Source: an uncultured Rhizobium sp. (GTDB lineage: Bacteria; Pseudomonadota; Alphaproteobacteria; Rickettsiales; UBA1997). Taken from it: a DNA stretch of 63,536 nt. The position numbers and the translations under genes are program-made. Shown here piece by piece: positions 59,620 to 63,536 of the stretch (within the stretch, counting starts at the first letter, position 1; each line of letters begins with the position of its first letter). The stretch spans positions 1 to 63,536 of the forward strand of contig CAYWVI010000003.1 of NCBI GenBank assembly GCA_964461905.1, in the 5' to 3' direction. The notes beneath the pieces were generated by a model. It did not search any database. It was not told the origin of the DNA and was given only the letters and a program-made list of their open reading frames with translations.

Positions 59620-60250
59620 TTGGCTCAAAAAATTTTGTATTATGATCAAAAGCCATAATTTCGCCTGTTTCTATATTAAAGTGCCAAGCGTGGATATTTA
59701 TTTTAGATTCTTTTAAACGTTTTGCGATATAGGGATATCCAGTAAGGTTGCGTAGAGAAATAATTAACGATTCAGTTTCGCAAGCATTACATTGTTCTTC
59801 TTCACTTTTTTCTGACAATTCTTTTTTAACTGCATCGCGAGCTTGTGATGCAACGGAGAGCCATGATTTCATCGATTCAGAAATATTTTTTCCAGAAAAT
59901 GATTTTTCTGATAACATCATTTTTATGCTGTCACATTTTGCGTGACCAAGAACAATTACATTTTCAACTTCAAGAATAGTAACGGCATATTCAATTGCAG
60001 ATAAAATACCATGAACTCCAGATGAATCATGTTTAGGAACAATTCCACCAACGTTATTTATAACATATAATTCTCCGGGATTTGTCGCAAATATTTCAGC
60101 TGGCGCAAGTCGTAAATCAGCACATGAAATTACCAAAGTTGTTGGTTTCTGTCCTTGTTCAATTAAATGATGAATAATATCTTTTTTTTGTTGAAAAGTG
60201 GTGGACTTAAAAACTCTAAATCCGCTAACAAGTTTACCTACACTTGACAT
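59612..60250 (-). CDS. can: Beta-class carbonic anhydrase; start corrected to 60250
   Basis: ISCADLR, PGELYV..NVGGIVP, LGHAKC. Confidence 0.88.
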   Translation of the reverse strand: MSSVGKLVSGFRVFKSTTFQQKKDIIHHLIEQGQKPTTLVISCADLRLAPAEIFATNPGELYVINNVGGIVPKHDSSGVHGILSAIEYAVTILEVENVIVLGHAKCDSIKMMLSEKSFSGKNISESMKSWLSVASQARDAVKKELSEKSEEEQCNACETESLIISLRNLTGYPYIAKRLKESKINIHAWHFNIETGEIMAFDHNTKFFEPII

Positions 60251-60328
60251 GTTTGACTCCAAAAATTTAGTTGACGATTTAACAAAACATAAAATCAAAC
60301 CAATAGCAATTCAAATCAAGATTTAAAA

Positions 60329-61510
60329 ATGATACATCGTGTAAAAAAAATATTTGAGCTTGAGGCCTCAACAGGAATCTTCTTGTTAATAGCAACAATA
60401 GCAGCACTTTGGGTTGCAAACTCTGAAGGATTTACCGTTTATCAAAGTTTTTTTGCGATCAATCTGCCAATTAATTTTGAAGTGATTGGTATTTACAAAA
60501 ATTTGACGGTGCGTGATTGGATAAATGATTCTTTGATGGCAATTTTTTTCTTGTTGGTTGGTTTAGAGTTAAAAGAAGAAATAATCGCTGGTGAATTATC
60601 GAGTAAAAAAAGAGCGATGCTTCCAGCAATTGCAGCAATTGGTGGAGTTATTGTTCCAGCTATAATTTTTTTAATGTTTAACTTTAATCACCAAGAAAAT
60701 CTTAAAGGTTTTGCTATTCCAACAGCAACAGATATTGCTTTTGCTTATGGTGTTATATGTGTGTTTGGTAAAAAAATTTTTAAATCATTAAAAGTTTTTC
60801 TGATCTCTTTGGCAATATTTGATGATTTGGCAGCTATTCTCATCATTGCCATATTTTACTCTCAGGATCTTAACGTATTTTATTTATTGATGAGTTTTAT
60901 AGTTTTTGCTGGTTTAGCAGCTCTAAATTTTCGTGGTTCTACATCTGTATTTTTTTATTTGATTTTAGGATCGGTTTTATGGTTAATGGTTTTAAAATCT
61001 GGGATTCATCCAACCGTTGCTGGTGTTGCATTAGCGATGTTTATTCCTCATAAAAAAGATCTTCTAAAAAAACTAATTAAAAAAATTGCACCAGCAGTTA
61101 ATTTTATAATCCTTCCAATTTTTGCTTTTGCGAATAGTGGTGTAAGGATTTCAGATTTTTCATTAGATATTTTAACCCAACCTTTGTTTTTAGGAATTGT
61201 CTGTGGGTTATTTTTTGGGAAACAGATTGGTATAATGTTGTTTAGTTTTATTGCTGTAAAATTGAAGATAACTCACTTACCACGTAGCTTAACAGGAGTT
61301 GAAGTAAGTTGGTTTGAATTTTATGGTGTTTCAATAGTAGCTGGAATTGGCTTTACGATGAGCTTCTTTATTGGTTCTTTAGCCTTCTTAAATAATGCTG
61401 TTTTATTTGATGAGGTTAAGATTGCAGTGCTTATAGCGTCTTTCTTATCAGCGGTTTTTGGAATGGCGATAATCAATTTCTCTCTTTCTAAAACAAAGTT
61501 TAAACTGTGA
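60329..61510 (+). CDS. nhaA: Na+/H+ antiporter NhaA
   Basis: WIND.LMAIFF.LVGLE.K.E, AIPTATDIAF, AIFDDL, GIGFTMS.FI. Confidence 0.96.
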   Translation: MIHRVKKIFELEASTGIFLLIATIAALWVANSEGFTVYQSFFAINLPINFEVIGIYKNLTVRDWINDSLMAIFFLLVGLELKEEIIAGELSSKKRAMLPAIAAIGGVIVPAIIFLMFNFNHQENLKGFAIPTATDIAFAYGVICVFGKKIFKSLKVFLISLAIFDDLAAILIIAIFYSQDLNVFYLLMSFIVFAGLAALNFRGSTSVFFYLILGSVLWLMVLKSGIHPTVAGVALAMFIPHKKDLLKKLIKKIAPAVNFIILPIFAFANSGVRISDFSLDILTQPLFLGIVCGLFFGKQIGIMLFSFIAVKLKITHLPRSLTGVEVSWFEFYGVSIVAGIGFTMSFFIGSLAFLNNAVLFDEVKIAVLIASFLSAVFGMAIINFSLSKTKFKL

Positions 61511-62295
61511 TTATCTTACTTTCGCCAGCAAAATCTTTGAACTACGATTCAAATATTTTTTACTCTAATAACACAATTCCTCACTTTAAAAAAGAGGCTG
61601 TGGAGCTTGTTTCTAAATTACAAAAATTATCATCAGCTGATTTGAAAAACATCATGAAAATCAGCGATAAATTAGCAGATTTAAACCACGAAAGATTCAA
61701 AAATTTTTCTAATAAGTTTAGTATAAAAAACGCAAAGCAGGCTTTATTGGTTTTTGACGGCGATGTTTATAAGCCAATTGAGGTGAGTAAATTTGATGAA
61801 TCAGACTTTATTTTTGCTCAAAATAATCTGCGTATTTTGTCGGGACTATATGGATTATTAAAACCATTAGATTTGATTCAACCATATCGACTTGAGATGG
61901 GAACATCTTTTGATAACAGTTTCTTTGTTAAAAATCTTTATAGTTTTTGGGGAGATAAAATTACTAATTTTCTTGATGAAGAATGTAAAACTAGTCAAGA
62001 AAATGTGTTAATTAATCTTGCTTCAGAAGAATATTTTTCAGCGATTAATATTAAAAAATTTTCCAGCAAAATTGTTAATATTATTTTTAAAGAGAAAAAA
62101 GGAGACGTTTATAAAATTGTTGGAATAAACGCCAAAAAGGCTCGAGGCTTAATGGCAAAATTTATTATTAAAAATAAAATTACGCGCTCTAAAGAGCTAA
62201 AAAATTTTAACCTAAAAGGTTATGCTTTTGCAGAGAAATATTCAGATGAGAATAATTTTGTTTTTATCTGCCAGAGTTCTGTGAATTCTTTTTAG
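61507..62295 (+). CDS. yaaA: Peroxide stress protein YaaA (UPF0246)
   Basis: LLSPAKSL, FDGDVY, LSGLYG.LKPLDLIQPYRLEMGT, NLASEEY, AKKARG.M. Confidence 0.95.
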   Translation: MIILLSPAKSLNYDSNIFYSNNTIPHFKKEAVELVSKLQKLSSADLKNIMKISDKLADLNHERFKNFSNKFSIKNAKQALLVFDGDVYKPIEVSKFDESDFIFAQNNLRILSGLYGLLKPLDLIQPYRLEMGTSFDNSFFVKNLYSFWGDKITNFLDEECKTSQENVLINLASEEYFSAINIKKFSSKIVNIIFKEKKGDVYKIVGINAKKARGLMAKFIIKNKITRSKELKNFNLKGYAFAEKYSDENNFVFICQSSVNSF

Positions 62296-63307
62296 CTTCT
62301 GATGAAGTTGTATTTTTTTCTCCGGTTGGCTCATTAAGAATGTCATCAAGAAATCCAGAAGTATAAGAGTGTTTTGGAGTTTCTGTGTTAAATTTTTTTG
62401 TATAAAATTCAGTAAGAGGAGAAAATTTCTCAATAATTCTTCTATCTTGCAAATTTTGTGTTGAGACATGATTTGGCGAACTAATGGGAATATCTGAAGA
62501 AGAAATAGAATGTTGTAAGATTGTTGTAGAGGTATTTAAGCTTGTAAGAAAATCATCTTGAAAATTGATAGTATTATTTTGCTTTTGTTCAAGCTCTTCT
62601 TGCTCTAAGTTATAATTTTCCTCTCGAAAACGCTCTAAAAACATTTCCCACTTTGCTTCATTTAATCCAGCTTCTCCTTCTACAGCTTCTGGAGTATATT
62701 TTCTTTTTTTGGTAAAGTTGGTTTGATTTGGTTTATGTGGAAGAGGATCCAAAAGATTTTTTATTATTAGTACATTTTTGTTTGAGATAGATTCAAAATC
62801 GTCATCAAAATAAATAGCTAACTCTGAAGAATGAGCTGCAATTCTTTCTATTGCACCTTTTTTTTCTGAGTTGTCGCTTCCATTAATTTCTTTAAAAAAG
62901 TTTGATAAGTCTCCAAGAATTCCTCTAATTACTTTAGAATCTTGTTTAGAGGCGATATAAAATTTAATATTGTTATCTACTCCTAGTTGTAGAATTTCTT
63001 GTAAAATTATTTTGTCGGCAAACCAGTCTAATATTCTTGGATTTGCTCTTGTGCCATTTTCATCATCAATTAGGTCAATCATGCTGTGATGTTTTGTTAT
63101 GGTTCCATCAAAATCAAATATCGCTTTCTTGATGTTTTTGAAAATAAATTCATCAACGATTTGTGAGGCTAAATATTTTTTTCTATCTATGTCTGTCTCT
63201 GATAATTCTTGAGTATGGTTAAGGTAATTAGGTGTGGAAAAATTGGTTTGATTTGTTCCTTGGTTTTTAGAAGGAGTTTCAAAAATTTCTTGGGAGGAAT
63301 TTTTCAT
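62264..63307 (-). CDS. Hypothetical protein with HAD-like DxDGT motif and disordered termini
   Basis: AIFDFDGTIT (motif I) and YFDDD (motif IV-like); 347 aa. Confidence 0.55.
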   Translation of the reverse strand: MKNSSQEIFETPSKNQGTNQTNFSTPNYLNHTQELSETDIDRKKYLASQIVDEFIFKNIKKAIFDFDGTITKHHSMIDLIDDENGTRANPRILDWFADKIILQEILQLGVDNNIKFYIASKQDSKVIRGILGDLSNFFKEINGSDNSEKKGAIERIAAHSSELAIYFDDDFESISNKNVLIIKNLLDPLPHKPNQTNFTKKRKYTPEAVEGEAGLNEAKWEMFLERFREENYNLEQEELEQKQNNTINFQDDFLTSLNTSTTILQHSISSSDIPISSPNHVSTQNLQDRRIIEKFSPLTEFYTKKFNTETPKHSYTSGFLDDILNEPTGEKNTTSSEAKKNSQNSGR

Positions 63308-63484
63308 CTGAATTTCTTTATGTTAAAAATTTGAATAGTTCAAATTTCATTTTTAATAAAAAATTAATGCAACTCAAAGTTGTTTTTTTGAAAAAAAATT
63401 AAAATAAGTCGTATTAGAGGCTGAATATTTTTTTGGAAAAACGGTTTTTGGAAGGTGGGTTTTAAGAAATAGAGGATGTTGAAG

Positions 63485-63536
63485 TGGTGGGTGATGACAG
63501 GCTCGAACTGCCGACCCTCTCCTTGTAAGGGAGATG
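63485..63536 (-). tRNA. tRNA-Val(TAC), 3' portion; 5' end beyond the window
   Basis: Minus strand CATCTCC-CTTACAA-GGAGA-GGGTC-GGCAG-TTCGAGC-CTGTC-ATCACCC-A-CCA. Confidence 0.95.

Overview
AT-rich alphaproteobacterial chromosome segment. It looks Rickettsiales-like (giant VirB6, IalB-family gene, atpB-atpE-b'-b order, ankyrin proteins) yet is biosynthetically competent (hisA, hisG, ilvC, thiG, ribB/ribE, dapE, gcvPA/PB); the taxonomy is inference. Most of the window is core genes: serS, rpsT, secF, glmU, rpoH, rpsB-tsf-pyrH-frr-uppS-cdsA, pheT, the F0 ATPase genes, icd, a TetR-AcrAB-OMF efflux locus, nhaA, yaaA and a partial tRNA-Val(TAC). The left 7.3 kb is the unusual part, with accessory cassettes interleaved among essential genes. 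dnaE is frameshifted, then stops about 300 aa early and is followed 5 nt later by a DUF3800-like gene. A HaeII-type R-M pair is wedged between pgpA and dnaE through TAATG overlaps and 7-bp direct repeats. A DUF1016_N-thermonuclease fusion and a Bro-N gene with an in-frame palindromic insert sit between dapE and pgpA. Other highlights are two type IV pilin-like LamG adhesins (one a 1054-aa modular giant), an orphan 1415-aa VirB6 with an acidic repeat tail, a STAS-less SulP-carbonic anhydrase fusion preceded by a small xSPP-ending ORF, a duplicated REPIN-like element, a second dispersed palindromic repeat family, and an N-terminally extended ATP synthase c subunit. No CRISPR array, rRNA or transposase gene was found. 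Family names come from motif recognition, not database searches.
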